From contig CAZVTA010000002.1 of assembly GCA_964629815.1 (NCBI GenBank), positions 2,096 to 66,095 of the forward strand: 64,000 bases of DNA, given 5' to 3'. Under the pieces are notes generated by a model. It was not told the DNA's origin and did not search any database. It worked only from the letters and a program-made list of their open reading frames with translations. This document shows, piece after piece, positions 1 to 12,088 of the stretch (position 1 is its first letter; each line of letters starts with the position of its first letter). This DNA is from an uncultured Candidatus Saccharibacteria bacterium (GTDB lineage: Bacteria; Patescibacteriota; Saccharimonadia; Saccharimonadales; AWTP1-31). The position numbers and the translations under genes are program-made.

Positions 1-299
1 AATTACCAGATGGAAATGAAAAAGGTTTGGGCTATTCCAATTTCGCTCGCCACTACTTTCGGAATCGTTGTTTACTTTCTCTTCCTCGAGGTACTAAGAT
101 GTTTCAGTTCCCCCGGTTACCGCTATCTCAACCTATATATTCAGTTAAGTGCCACAAGACATGACTCTTGTGAGGTTTCCCCATTCGGAAATCTTCGGTT
201 CAAAGCTTAGTTAGCAGCTCCCCGAAGCTTATCGCAGCTTCTTACGTCCTTCATCGGTATCTTACGTCTAGGCATCCTTTATGTGCGCTTGAGTAACTT
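1..299 (-). rRNA. rrl: 23S rRNA, 5' portion only (gene continues past the left edge of the window)
   Basis: Reverse complement of about 180-299 reads AGTTACTCAAGCGCACATAAAGGATGCCTAGACGTAAGATACCGATGAAGGACGTAAGAAGCTGCGATAAGC...TTTCCGAATGGGGA. This is the conserved 5' domain of bacterial 23S rRNA. The 5' end was placed by recall of the E. coli 5' sequence. Confidence 0.9.
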
Positions 300-546
300 T
301 TTACGTTTGTACATCGTTAAACGATGTACGTGCATTGACAATTAGCCAGTTATTGGTGAATACCATTAACTGTGTAGCTGTAATAGCTACTGCCGTTTGT
401 CATATTTACTTATATTTCCAAATTGTTAAGTTACAAACTTTAGGAGCATCAAAACACATGGTTTTTATGCATATCCTTCAGTTTATGCTGATGGCTGAAT
501 TGCCTTTCGACATACAGACACGTGCCTAAACTCAAGGTACCGTCAA

Positions 547-575
547 AGTTTATCACTAATAACAGAGGCGGTCAA
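547..575 (-). promoter_or_regulatory. Candidate promoter for the 23S rRNA gene (TTGACC-17-TAAACT)
   Basis: On the minus strand, TTGACC (575..570), a 17 nt spacer, then TAAACT (552..547). The hexamers and spacing are the same as the infC promoter in this window. It lies about 240 nt upstream of the 23S 5' end. Confidence 0.35.
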
Positions 576-682
576 GCATATTTAGTTGTCAAACTTGCTA
601 CACTTTTGCCCCTTAGGCGACTGCTCTTTTGCTGGTTTCTGGGCTTCATAGCGACAGATTATTGCCTTTTTAGTACCTACTG

Positions 683-711
683 TTGAAAAAATGCGCAATG
701 TTTAGTACAAT
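683..711 (+). promoter_or_regulatory. Promoter of the tRNA-Ala/tRNA-Ile unit (TTGAAA-17-TACAAT)
   Basis: TTGAAA at 683-688, a 17 nt spacer, TACAAT at 706-711. tRNA-Ala starts 16 nt downstream. Confidence 0.5.
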
Positions 712-726
712 ACATCGGTAATTTCT

Positions 727-803
727 GGGGCGATAGCTCAGTTGGCTAGAGCACCTGCTTTGCAAGCAGGGGGTCCGGGGTTCGAGTCCCCGTCGCTCCA
801 CCA
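727..803 (+). tRNA. tRNA-Ala (anticodon TGC), CCA encoded
   Basis: GGGGCGA acceptor arm pairs with TCGCTCC. Anticodon arm is CCTGC-TTTGCAA-GCAGG, T-arm has GGTTCGAGTCC, and the gene ends ACCA. Confidence 0.97.
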
Positions 804-822
804 CAAATTACGAAACTCATCC

Positions 823-899
823 GTAGGGAAAAGAGAAGCCCGACAAATTTTCACACAAATTTGCCGGCGCGATGAGAAAAACCGTAGGTTTGTCTCATT
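823..899 (+). repeat. Structured two-hairpin repeat element, copy A (between tRNA-Ala and tRNA-Ile)
   Basis: Aligns with 57603-57683 through a shared core AAAGAG.AGCCCGA...CACAC...TTGCC(C)GGCGCGATGAGAAAA(A)CC...GGTT(T)GTCTCATT. Hairpin 1 is CAAATTT-TCACAC-AAATTTG. Hairpin 2 is ATGAGAAAAACC-GTA-GGTTTGTCTCAT. Confidence 0.6.
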
Positions 900-901
900 T
901 T

Positions 902-978
902 GGGCGATTAGCTCAGCTGGTTAGAGCGCGTCACTGATAATGACGAGGTCGGAGGTTCGAGTCCCTCATCGCCCACCA
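902..978 (+). tRNA. tRNA-Ile (anticodon GAT), CCA encoded
   Basis: GGGCGAT acceptor arm, anticodon arm CGTCA-CTGATAA-TGACG, T-arm GGTTCGAGTCC, ends ACCA. Confidence 0.97.
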
Positions 979-981
979 CAA

Positions 982-1009
982 ACACCTTTCAAAGGTGTTT
1001 TTTATTTTT
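982..1009. terminator. Hairpin plus T-run after tRNA-Ile; also lies at the 3' end of the convergent HAD gene
   Basis: ACACC-TTTCAAA-GGTGT followed by TTTTTTATTTTT. Confidence 0.55.
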
Positions 1010-1649
1010 CCAACACTATATCAGCGATAGATGCAACGGCTACTGCACGAATAGTATCCCATCCCTCTAGATTCTCGAAATCTTCGGGCGAAAGTAGGCC
1101 AGTCCCCACACCAATAAAGTCAAACCCGGCATCACGGGCCGCATAAAAATCTGTGGGTGCATCACCGATATATATAACCTCTTTTGGATCGTATCCATGG
1201 CCGAGCAAAGGGTCAAACACTCGTTTATCCGGCTTGTGATGCTGGCAATCATCTATAGTAAACACATGATCAAACGTACCCTGTTCTATTGCATTGTGGA
1301 CAAAATCTCCCGCCAGACTGCGTGTATTAGTAGACGTAACAAGCGCAATTATCTTTCCTGCAGCTCGTAAATTCTTTAGTAATCGTTTTGATTCAGGAAA
1401 AATCTCTTTAGGAAAATTGGGTTTTTCTCGCAGTAAATGTGGCTCTACCCTCTCAAATGGATGGCCATATAATTCTTCAACCATACTATGAAAAGGTTTG
1501 CCCCAAACACGCCGCATGTCATCATCGGTGATTGTTACTCCAAACTCAGTCAGGGCGACATGTTTGTGCTGCTTCCAGACATTCTTAATCGTAGCCACCA
1601 ACGTATCATCAAAATCAAATGCTACTACTTTATAATTCTTGTTTATCAT
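1002..1649 (-). CDS. HAD-superfamily hydrolase (phosphatase-like)
   Basis: 215 aa ORF. HAD motif I VVAFDFDDTLV near the N-terminus and motif IV YIGDAPTDFYAARDAG near the C-terminus. Confidence 0.8.
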   Translation of the reverse strand: MINKNYKVVAFDFDDTLVATIKNVWKQHKHVALTEFGVTITDDDMRRVWGKPFHSMVEELYGHPFERVEPHLLREKPNFPKEIFPESKRLLKNLRAAGKIIALVTSTNTRSLAGDFVHNAIEQGTFDHVFTIDDCQHHKPDKRVFDPLLGHGYDPKEVIYIGDAPTDFYAARDAGFDFIGVGTGLLSPEDFENLEGWDTIRAVAVASIADIVLEK

Positions 1650-1664
1650 ATTCTAGTCGTGAAA

Positions 1665-2111
1665 CTAATCGCTAGTTCCCTTGGTTTGATCCACTAACTG
1701 CTTTGCCAGTTCCAGTCGTTCACGTGCGTCATCCCCGACCGGTTCACTCCCCGAATAAGCATTACCTTCAAGAAATACCGCATATTGCCGCAAAGCACTC
1801 AAGGCAATATGCGACATTTTAGAAGACCACGTAAGATCGAGATAGGCCTCCCTATCCTGACCTACCAACTTAGAGTTTAGTATCGCCTGCTGGCCTAATA
1901 CCTCCAGATTATGAAAGCCCTTTGCTTTAGGCGTCTTCTCTGCGAGCCATTCAAGAAGACCCCCCAGCCTTCCGAATCCATGCCCTTCAAAGACACCGTC
2001 AATAAATGGCTTCCTCCGAGAATAAACAGCAGCGTCAGTAACTAAATACACTTCTTCGGTTGAAGTAAATCCAAGACCCTCTAATCCACCCGATCCGCCT
2101 ATAATTTTCAT
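1665..2111 (-). CDS. Hypothetical protein (148 aa)
   Basis: Intact ORF on the same strand, 15 nt upstream of the HAD gene. I recognise no motif. Confidence 0.5.
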   Translation of the reverse strand: MKIIGGSGGLEGLGFTSTEEVYLVTDAAVYSRRKPFIDGVFEGHGFGRLGGLLEWLAEKTPKAKGFHNLEVLGQQAILNSKLVGQDREAYLDLTWSSKMSHIALSALRQYAVFLEGNAYSGSEPVGDDARERLELAKQLVDQTKGTSD

Positions 2112-2149
2112 ATACTAGCTCCTGCTTATGCAAAAAGTATAACATCAAA

Positions 2150-2187
2150 CAAAAAAGAGCCCTCTCGCAAATGGGCTCTTTTTTTTG
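2150..2187 (-). terminator. Rho-independent terminator downstream of the 16S rRNA gene
   Basis: AGAGCCC (2156-2162) pairs with GGGCTCT (2173-2179) across a 10 nt loop. An A-run and a T-run flank it; on the minus strand the stem is followed by TTTTTTG. Confidence 0.6.
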
Positions 2188-2417
2188 GCTTCTCGGCTCA
2201 ATACAGGCTTGAGCAAACCTTGGTTAAAAACTGAAGTAGTGCAAATCAAACGTCGTTCGGGTACAGAACTGATATCTTGTCCTGCAAGGCAGGATATACC
2301 GAAGGTATAGCTGTGCCGAAGCAGGAGATGTACGTTGTCAGTACTGATGTTACAACGTACCAAGACCGACCTAGCTCTAAGAGTGATTGCTCGACTCTTA
2401 TGCTAGTAATCTCCCTA

Positions 2418-3915
<1,498 letters not shown>

Positions 3916-4042
3916 AAGAACTGATACTGTTTTACTTATAAAACTCAGTTTATGAACTGACGTTGATTTGCACTATTCAATTTTTAACGTTCATTTCCTT
4001 TAGAGACACTCTAAAACAGGCAATCCCAAAAGGTCTCCAGCC

Positions 4043-4071
4043 ATATTACATGGCATTTTCGTTATCGTCAA
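4043..4071 (-). promoter_or_regulatory. Promoter of the 16S rRNA gene (TTGACG-17-TAATAT)
   Basis: On the minus strand, TTGACG (4071..4066), a 17 nt spacer, TAATAT (4048..4043). It lies about 125 nt upstream of the 16S 5' end and just downstream of the gyrA stop. Confidence 0.5.
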
Positions 4072-4120
4072 GGGTAAAATATCCAAAGTTGTTGTGGTTA
4101 GTACACTACCCTTACCTCAG

Positions 4121-6670
4121 TTATTGCTCTTCAGACTCCGCATCGTCTTCGACTTTGTCGACAAGTGCAAGCGATACTACCGAATCATCGTCATTGAGGC
4201 GCATAATTCGAACACCCTGCGTGGCTCTACCGAGCTCTGGAATATCCTTAAGACCCAGACGAATCGTTTGACCTTGCTTAGAGATAATAATCACTTCCTG
4301 CCCATCGTTTTCGAGGGTCTTTACCCCTATCAAATTACCGGTCTTGGTGTTCACGACTGCCGAACGAATACCTACGCCACCACGAGCATGCGCCGTAAAT
4401 TGAGCCACCTTGGTGCGTTTACCATAGCCGTGGGCACTAATAACAAAGATACTTGCACCCTCTTGGACAGTATCCATGCCTATTACCTGGTCGCCCGTAC
4501 GTAGTCGAATGCCACGAACACCCCGAGACGCACGACCCATTGGACGAACATCCTTCTCATGGAAGCGAATTGCCTGCCCCATAGCTGTCGAGATAACAAT
4601 TTCGTTATCACTGTTGGTCATACGAATCCACTTGAGCTCATCACCCTCATCGAGATTGATCGCGATAAGGCCTGTTTGGCGTACATTTTGATACTGTTCG
4701 AATGGCGTCTTCTTAACGACACCGCGAATAGTACACATAAACAGGTTGCCCGTCTTTTCGGTCTTACTAATGTTAATAACAGAGCTAACCTTCTCTTCTG
4801 GCTGTAGCTGCAACAGATTAACAATAGCAACACCCTTAGCACTAAGATTGGTCGCTGGCACCTCGTACGTCTTGAGCCTAAAGACGCGACCCTTGTTGGT
4901 AAAGAACAAGAGGTAGTCGTGCGTACTTGCATTTACAACATGTTCTATAACGTCTTCTTCGCGTGTTACCATGCCACGCTTGCCCTTGCCGCCCCGGTTT
5001 TGTCTTCGGTAATCGGCAATTGGTGAGCGTTTAATGTAGTTTGCAGATGTAAGTGTTACTACAACTTGCTCGTCCGGAATGAGATCTTCGTCGCTCATTC
5101 TGCCGAGTTCTTGCGGAATGATCTTGGTGCGTCGTTCATCACCGAATTGCTTCTTCAGTTCAATCAGCTCGTCCTTAATGATGGCAAGAATCTTTTGCTC
5201 GTCTGCAAGAATAGCTTCCAGCTCTGCAATAATCTTCAATAGCTCTGCAAGCTCGTCTTCGATCTTCTGGCGCTCGAGACCGGCAAGCGTACGAAGCTGC
5301 ATGGCTAGAATAGCCTTGGCCTGTATCTCGCTGAGCTTGAACTTCTTAATAAGGTTTGCCTGCGCCTCTTCGGTGGTTTGGCTAGCGCGTATAGTCGCAA
5401 TAACTTCGTCAATGTGATCGAGTGCAATCTTGAGACCCTCTAAGATATGTGCACGGTCTTTTGCCTTGCGTAGCTCATATTCGGTCCTTCGACGCACCAC
5501 AACCTGACGGTGCTTAATGTATTCACCAAGAATATCAACGAGACCCAAAATACGTGGCTGTATGCCGTCGATGAGCGCCAGCATGTTGTAGTGGAAGGTA
5601 GTCTGAAGCGGTGTTAGCTTGTATAGCTGGTTTAATATCTTCTTTGGATATGCGTCTTTCTTGAGGTCGATTACAATACGAACCGTACCACGAGAACTCT
5701 CGTCGCGGATATCACTAATACCGGTTATCTTCTTTTCTTTTACGAGGTCAGCAATCTTTTCGATAAGCGACGCTTTGTTGAGCGCGTACGGTATTTCGGT
5801 AATAACAATCTGGCTTTTACCTTTCTTCGTCTCTTCGAAGTTGGCGACACCGCGGATAATGACACCACCTCTACCCGTCGCAAAGGCACCCTTAATTGAT
5901 TCACGACCATAGACAATGCCGCCTGTTGGAAAGTCTGGGCCTTTAACGTGCTCGAGTACATCATCGAGAGTAGAGTCGGGCTTGTCTATCAGGCATATTG
6001 TGGCGTCGACAATCTCATTAAGGTTATGCGGCGGTATATTAGTGGCCATACCAACTGCAATACCCATCTGTCCGTTAAGCAATAAGTTTGGTAACTTAGC
6101 CGGCAGCACCTCTGGCTCTTGCTCACTACCATCGTAGTTATCTCTGAAAGGCACCGTATCTTTATCGATATCTTCTAGCAAAGCTTGGCCGGCTTTGGCC
6201 ATACGAGCCTCGGTATATCGTTGCGCAGCTGGCGGATCGCCGTCCATAGAACCAAAGTTACCCTGCCCATCAACCAACAAATACCTCGTCGACCAGTTTT
6301 GCGCCAAACGAACCATAGCATCATAGATAGCAACATCTCCGTGCGGGTGATACTTACCCATCACATCACCGGTAATACGAGCACTTTTTACAAACTTACT
6401 TCCTGGCTTCCAGCCGTTCTTGTCCATCGAATACAGAATGCGACGGTGCACTGGCTTCATGCCATCTCGAACGTCCGGCAACGCGCGAGCGACAATGACA
6501 CTCATAGAGTAACGAAGATAGCTATCTTCCATAACATCTTCGACGGTGCGCAGCTCAACCATGTGTGAATGGCCGCTGTCCATGATCTCTACATGATTTG
6601 CAGCATTGTCTGTGCTCGTTACACTGGTGTCTGTGCTGTTTGTTGTATCTTCGGTTTTGTTGTCGTCCAT
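4121..6670 (-). CDS. gyrA: DNA gyrase subunit A
   Basis: 849 aa. Contains [32 protein letters not shown] and [10 protein letters not shown] (active-site Tyr region), plus a C-terminal beta-pinwheel repeat region. Confidence 0.97.
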   Translation of the reverse strand: MDDNKTEDTTNSTDTSVTSTDNAANHVEIMDSGHSHMVELRTVEDVMEDSYLRYSMSVIVARALPDVRDGMKPVHRRILYSMDKNGWKPGSKFVKSARITGDVMGKYHPHGDVAIYDAMVRLAQNWSTRYLLVDGQGNFGSMDGDPPAAQRYTEARMAKAGQALLEDIDKDTVPFRDNYDGSEQEPEVLPAKLPNLLLNGQMGIAVGMATNIPPHNLNEIVDATICLIDKPDSTLDDVLEHVKGPDFPTGGIVYGRESIKGAFATGRGGVIIRGVANFEETKKGKSQIVITEIPYALNKASLIEKIADLVKEKKITGISDIRDESSRGTVRIVIDLKKDAYPKKILNQLYKLTPLQTTFHYNMLALIDGIQPRILGLVDILGEYIKHRQVVVRRRTEYELRKAKDRAHILEGLKIALDHIDEVIATIRASQTTEEAQANLIKKFKLSEIQAKAILAMQLRTLAGLERQKIEDELAELLKIIAELEAILADEQKILAIIKDELIELKKQFGDERRTKIIPQELGRMSDEDLIPDEQVVVTLTSANYIKRSPIADYRRQNRGGKGKRGMVTREEDVIEHVVNASTHDYLLFFTNKGRVFRLKTYEVPATNLSAKGVAIVNLLQLQPEEKVSSVINISKTEKTGNLFMCTIRGVVKKTPFEQYQNVRQTGLIAINLDEGDELKWIRMTNSDNEIVISTAMGQAIRFHEKDVRPMGRASRGVRGIRLRTGDQVIGMDTVQEGASIFVISAHGYGKRTKVAQFTAHARGGVGIRSAVVNTKTGNLIGVKTLENDGQEVIIISKQGQTIRLGLKDIPELGRATQGVRIMRLNDDDSVVSLALVDKVEDDAESEEQ

Positions 6671-7409
6671 TATTGTGCTCCCATCGTTCTTGAAAGTTCA
6701 AGCATCGCTATCGCGTCATCTTCTGTCATGGCAAATTGCCCATAACCTGCCTCGTGTTCTGGGCGAGTAATCGCCCGCATAGCCCTATCGTGCATCAGTT
6801 CGGCTGTTGTTCCAGGAAAAGTTCTTGCGATATTATGCGCCTTTGCAATATTCTCCCACATATCTGAACGTATCTTGTCGATAGTAGCAGAACGCAATGC
6901 AACATCAACGGCCAATGTATGTAAACGAGCATCCTCTACATCTTTCGGGTTTTTGTCTGCATGTAGGCGGCTAGCTGTTTGTAACTTTTTTTGTTGGGAT
7001 TCAAGCCAATACGATTCATAACACGCACGTATCCCTAAACTAAGCGCCCGCACGCTAAACTCCGAAACATCTTCTTGCCCGAGGCTCTGACAAAGCTCCT
7101 CGACAAATGTTTCTATAGGCATAACGCGGCGCGAATCATCACCGGCAACTCGCACAACCGTTGGCAAAGAAAAATCCAGGTTCCAGTCGCTCACCACAGA
7201 TGAACATGGCCTAAACGATTCGTCATCTAAGTCTCGTTCGTGTTCAAGCCAGTAGCGCAACCCATTATCTCTATCAAAACCCGACCTAAGGGGGCCAAGA
7301 ACCCTTAATAATGAACCGTAGCCACCGGAAGTTCCATAACAAAGATCGTCTGCAGCCTTAGCATAACTATCGATATACGGCTGCCTCTTAAGATATGATA
7401 CTTCCGCCA

Positions 7410-7410
<1 letters not shown>
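6670..7410 (-). CDS. Hypothetical protein (246 aa) encoded between gyrB and gyrA
   Basis: Intact ORF. Both junctions are TAATG overlaps: the gyrB stop overlaps its start, and its stop overlaps the gyrA start. I recognise no motif. Confidence 0.6.
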
Positions 7411-9410
<2,000 letters not shown>

Positions 9411-9419
9411 TTACTAACT

Positions 9420-9448
9420 ATTATACGGTAGAAGTTAATCGAAGACAA
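9420..9448 (-). promoter_or_regulatory. Promoter of the gyrB operon (TTGTCT-17-TATAAT)
   Basis: On the minus strand, TTGTCT (9448..9443), a 17 nt spacer, TATAAT (9425..9420). Confidence 0.45.
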
Positions 9449-9516
9449 CCATTCACTCTTGTTTACAACAGCCCGATTGTGGTTCAATAAACATAAGTAA
9501 TATAGGCAAAAAATCA

Positions 9517-11448
9517 ATGTTTAACAAACTCGTTAGCAACCTCCCCTTTAACCCGAGCCTTATCCATCAGGTCGTGTTTTACGGTAAACGACTTAAGCAA
9601 GAATCCGCAATACGGCGCTTGGGCTTTATTTTCATCGTACTTACGATGTTGCTGCAAGTTTTTGCAGTCATCTCTCCTGCAGGAGCTTCTAATCAGTGTA
9701 GCAACAATGATGTCGTTCGTTGCGGTTTTCGAAGCCGAGACGAGGCAGTAAAACTCTGTAAGAGTAACACGTATGCCTTTGGTACGATCATTAACTACTA
9801 CGGCGTATCTTGTGACACAGTAGCATCGAGCGAAACAAAGACCATTAGCGCCACCGCTGACGGCAATCAGCTGTTTTCTATGGGGCGCAACCCTTATAGT
9901 AAGCCGGGAGAATACCCCGTATCAATTAACAACGCAGGCAAGTTTTACTTACGCCCATTATCAAGCTGGGGCTCGAGCCTTTCACATAAAGTTCTAAGCA
10001 TGAAAACCCCTGACGGTGCACCGTTTATGCTCATGTACGATTGCGGAAATATTATTATTCGCAAAGGATACACTCCGCCCGCAAAACCAGAGCCAAGTTC
10101 TGATTTAAAACTTGCCAAAGTTAACAAACCTACTGGTGAGGTAAAACCTGGTGATCAAATAGAATACACCCTAGCATTCACTAACAAGGGCGGTACTGCT
10201 GCGTTCTTTTCTGTTAACGACGTACTTCCAAACGAGCTCGAATACGTGAGCTCTGCTTCTGGTAGCTGGTTCTTTGAAAACAAGACACCCAACCTCAAGT
10301 GGTACAACAACACGCCGCCGTTCTACACCTTTGGCAATACCGATGCGCTCGGAACACCTGGGTTCATTACCCTCAAAACACGCGTTAAAAGTAACATTGT
10401 CTCTGGAACAGTGATCTGCAACAAAGCATACCTGCAAGATGTTGATAAAAATACCAAGCAAACACGCAACCACAGCGAAGTTACTGTCTGTAACACGGTA
10501 CGCATTCCTTGCCCTGACGGCCAAATCCCGAATGGGTCGGGCGGCTGCGAACCTGTGGTAATTGCTGCTGCAAACTGTACGTATCTAAAAGTCATAAAGG
10601 AACCGAGCCGAACAAAGCGAACATTCGAAGCCAAAGCAACAGCTTTGAATGGAGCAACCATTAGCAGCTACACCTATGACTTTGGTGACGGTACTGCCAT
10701 AACCACACAAAACAACACTAAAGATCTCGACACCATCGAACACACCTACGCAAAAGCTGGAACATACTCTGTGAAAACCACCGTAAAAACATCACTTGGC
10801 GATAAAACGTCAAACGACTGTCAGACCAAAGTAGTTATATCCGACGAACCCGCAGTTCCTATAATCGCCTACCAAAAAAAGGCCAAGAATATCACAAAGA
10901 ACGTCGCAGACGCTAATGGCACAACTGCAAGCGCTGGCGATGTCATAGAATATAGCTTAACTACTACAAACTTCGGTAAGGGCGACGCAAAAGACTTTGT
11001 TCTTGCATCAGAACAGATAGCCGATATCCTCGAGTATGCGAACCTAGACTTTAATTCGCTCAATGGTGCCAGCTTTGATCAAGAAGGCAAAGTACTGTCA
11101 TGGGACAAGAAGCTAACCATCAAGCCTAGCGAAAGCGTTACAAAAACCTTTAGGGTTACCATCAAAGATCCCCTGCCTCAAACGCCTACCCCCTCCGGCA
11201 ACAGAGGCTCTTTTGACCTCACAATGACAAACGTTTACGGTAATACTGTTGAAATAAAGCTTCCAAACTCCGTAGCCAAAACCGTCGAAAAGACGACCAC
11301 ACTACCAAACACCGGTCCCGGCACAAGCCTTGCTATCGGGTTCGTCATCACTACCCTTGTCGGATACTTCTTCGCACGATCACGATTACTGAGCAAAGAA
11401 ATAGACATCATCAAAGCAGACTATAACGCATCGGCCGGAGGAGCATAA
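9517..11448 (+). CDS. Sortase-anchored surface protein with DUF11-type repeats and a PKD-like domain
   Basis: 643 aa with an N-terminal TM/signal segment. Two 'conserved repeat domain'-like segments (PGDQIEYTLAFTNKGG, AGDVIEYSLTTTNFGKG). PKD-like YTYDFGDGT...HTYAKAGTYSV. C-terminal LPNTG, then a hydrophobic segment, then ARSR. Confidence 0.75.
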   Translation: MFNKLVSNLPFNPSLIHQVVFYGKRLKQESAIRRLGFIFIVLTMLLQVFAVISPAGASNQCSNNDVVRCGFRSRDEAVKLCKSNTYAFGTIINYYGVSCDTVASSETKTISATADGNQLFSMGRNPYSKPGEYPVSINNAGKFYLRPLSSWGSSLSHKVLSMKTPDGAPFMLMYDCGNIIIRKGYTPPAKPEPSSDLKLAKVNKPTGEVKPGDQIEYTLAFTNKGGTAAFFSVNDVLPNELEYVSSASGSWFFENKTPNLKWYNNTPPFYTFGNTDALGTPGFITLKTRVKSNIVSGTVICNKAYLQDVDKNTKQTRNHSEVTVCNTVRIPCPDGQIPNGSGGCEPVVIAAANCTYLKVIKEPSRTKRTFEAKATALNGATISSYTYDFGDGTAITTQNNTKDLDTIEHTYAKAGTYSVKTTVKTSLGDKTSNDCQTKVVISDEPAVPIIAYQKKAKNITKNVADANGTTASAGDVIEYSLTTTNFGKGDAKDFVLASEQIADILEYANLDFNSLNGASFDQEGKVLSWDKKLTIKPSESVTKTFRVTIKDPLPQTPTPSGNRGSFDLTMTNVYGNTVEIKLPNSVAKTVEKTTTLPNTGPGTSLAIGFVITTLVGYFFARSRLLSKEIDIIKADYNASAGGA

Positions 11449-11450
11449 TA

Positions 11451-12026
11451 ATGAGTGAGCGTGAACCAATGCAGAACCCCGAGGGTTTTAAAAATGCCGA
11501 AAAAATAGACACCAATACCGAACGCACACAGAATAAACACGAGCACGTGCAGCATAAACAGGAGTCTGAAAAGTCCTTCAGTAGCGAAGATTTAAATACG
11601 ATCCGTCACAAGGTTGAACACGAAGCTATAAGCGGAAAAGATGCAAAGCTCGATCCATCAAGTGAACGATCAAAATCATCATCGCAACCCATGGTCACCA
11701 AAGACCTAAAAAGTATGATGCTCAATAGAACACTAACACGTGTCAGAAAAGAGCTCCCTACCCCCTTACGCGCATTCAGTAAGGTAGTGCATAGCAAACC
11801 GGTAGAGACAATAAGTGCAGTCGGCGAAAAAACCATAGCCCGACCAAAAGGTCTGCTTGGTGGATCCATGACCGCCTTTGTAGGTGTTGCCTATGTTTTG
11901 TATACCGCCAAAGAATATGGCTTTAACTACAATCTGCTACTATTCCTCATGTTATTCAGTGTTGGCTACATAGCAACCACTTTACTCGAAACAATCTTTG
12001 CCCTAATACGAAAATTCCGCACCTAA
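11451..12026 (+). CDS. Hypothetical membrane protein (191 aa)
   Basis: Starts 2 nt after the upstream stop. Charged, low-complexity N-terminal half and two C-terminal hydrophobic segments. Confidence 0.5.
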   Translation: MSEREPMQNPEGFKNAEKIDTNTERTQNKHEHVQHKQESEKSFSSEDLNTIRHKVEHEAISGKDAKLDPSSERSKSSSQPMVTKDLKSMMLNRTLTRVRKELPTPLRAFSKVVHSKPVETISAVGEKTIARPKGLLGGSMTAFVGVAYVLYTAKEYGFNYNLLLFLMLFSVGYIATTLLETIFALIRKFRT

Positions 12027-12088
12027 AGTACTGTCCCGACTACAAACAAGTATTCTGTCCATTGCCTGTACTAAGCCGTCTCCGCTTA

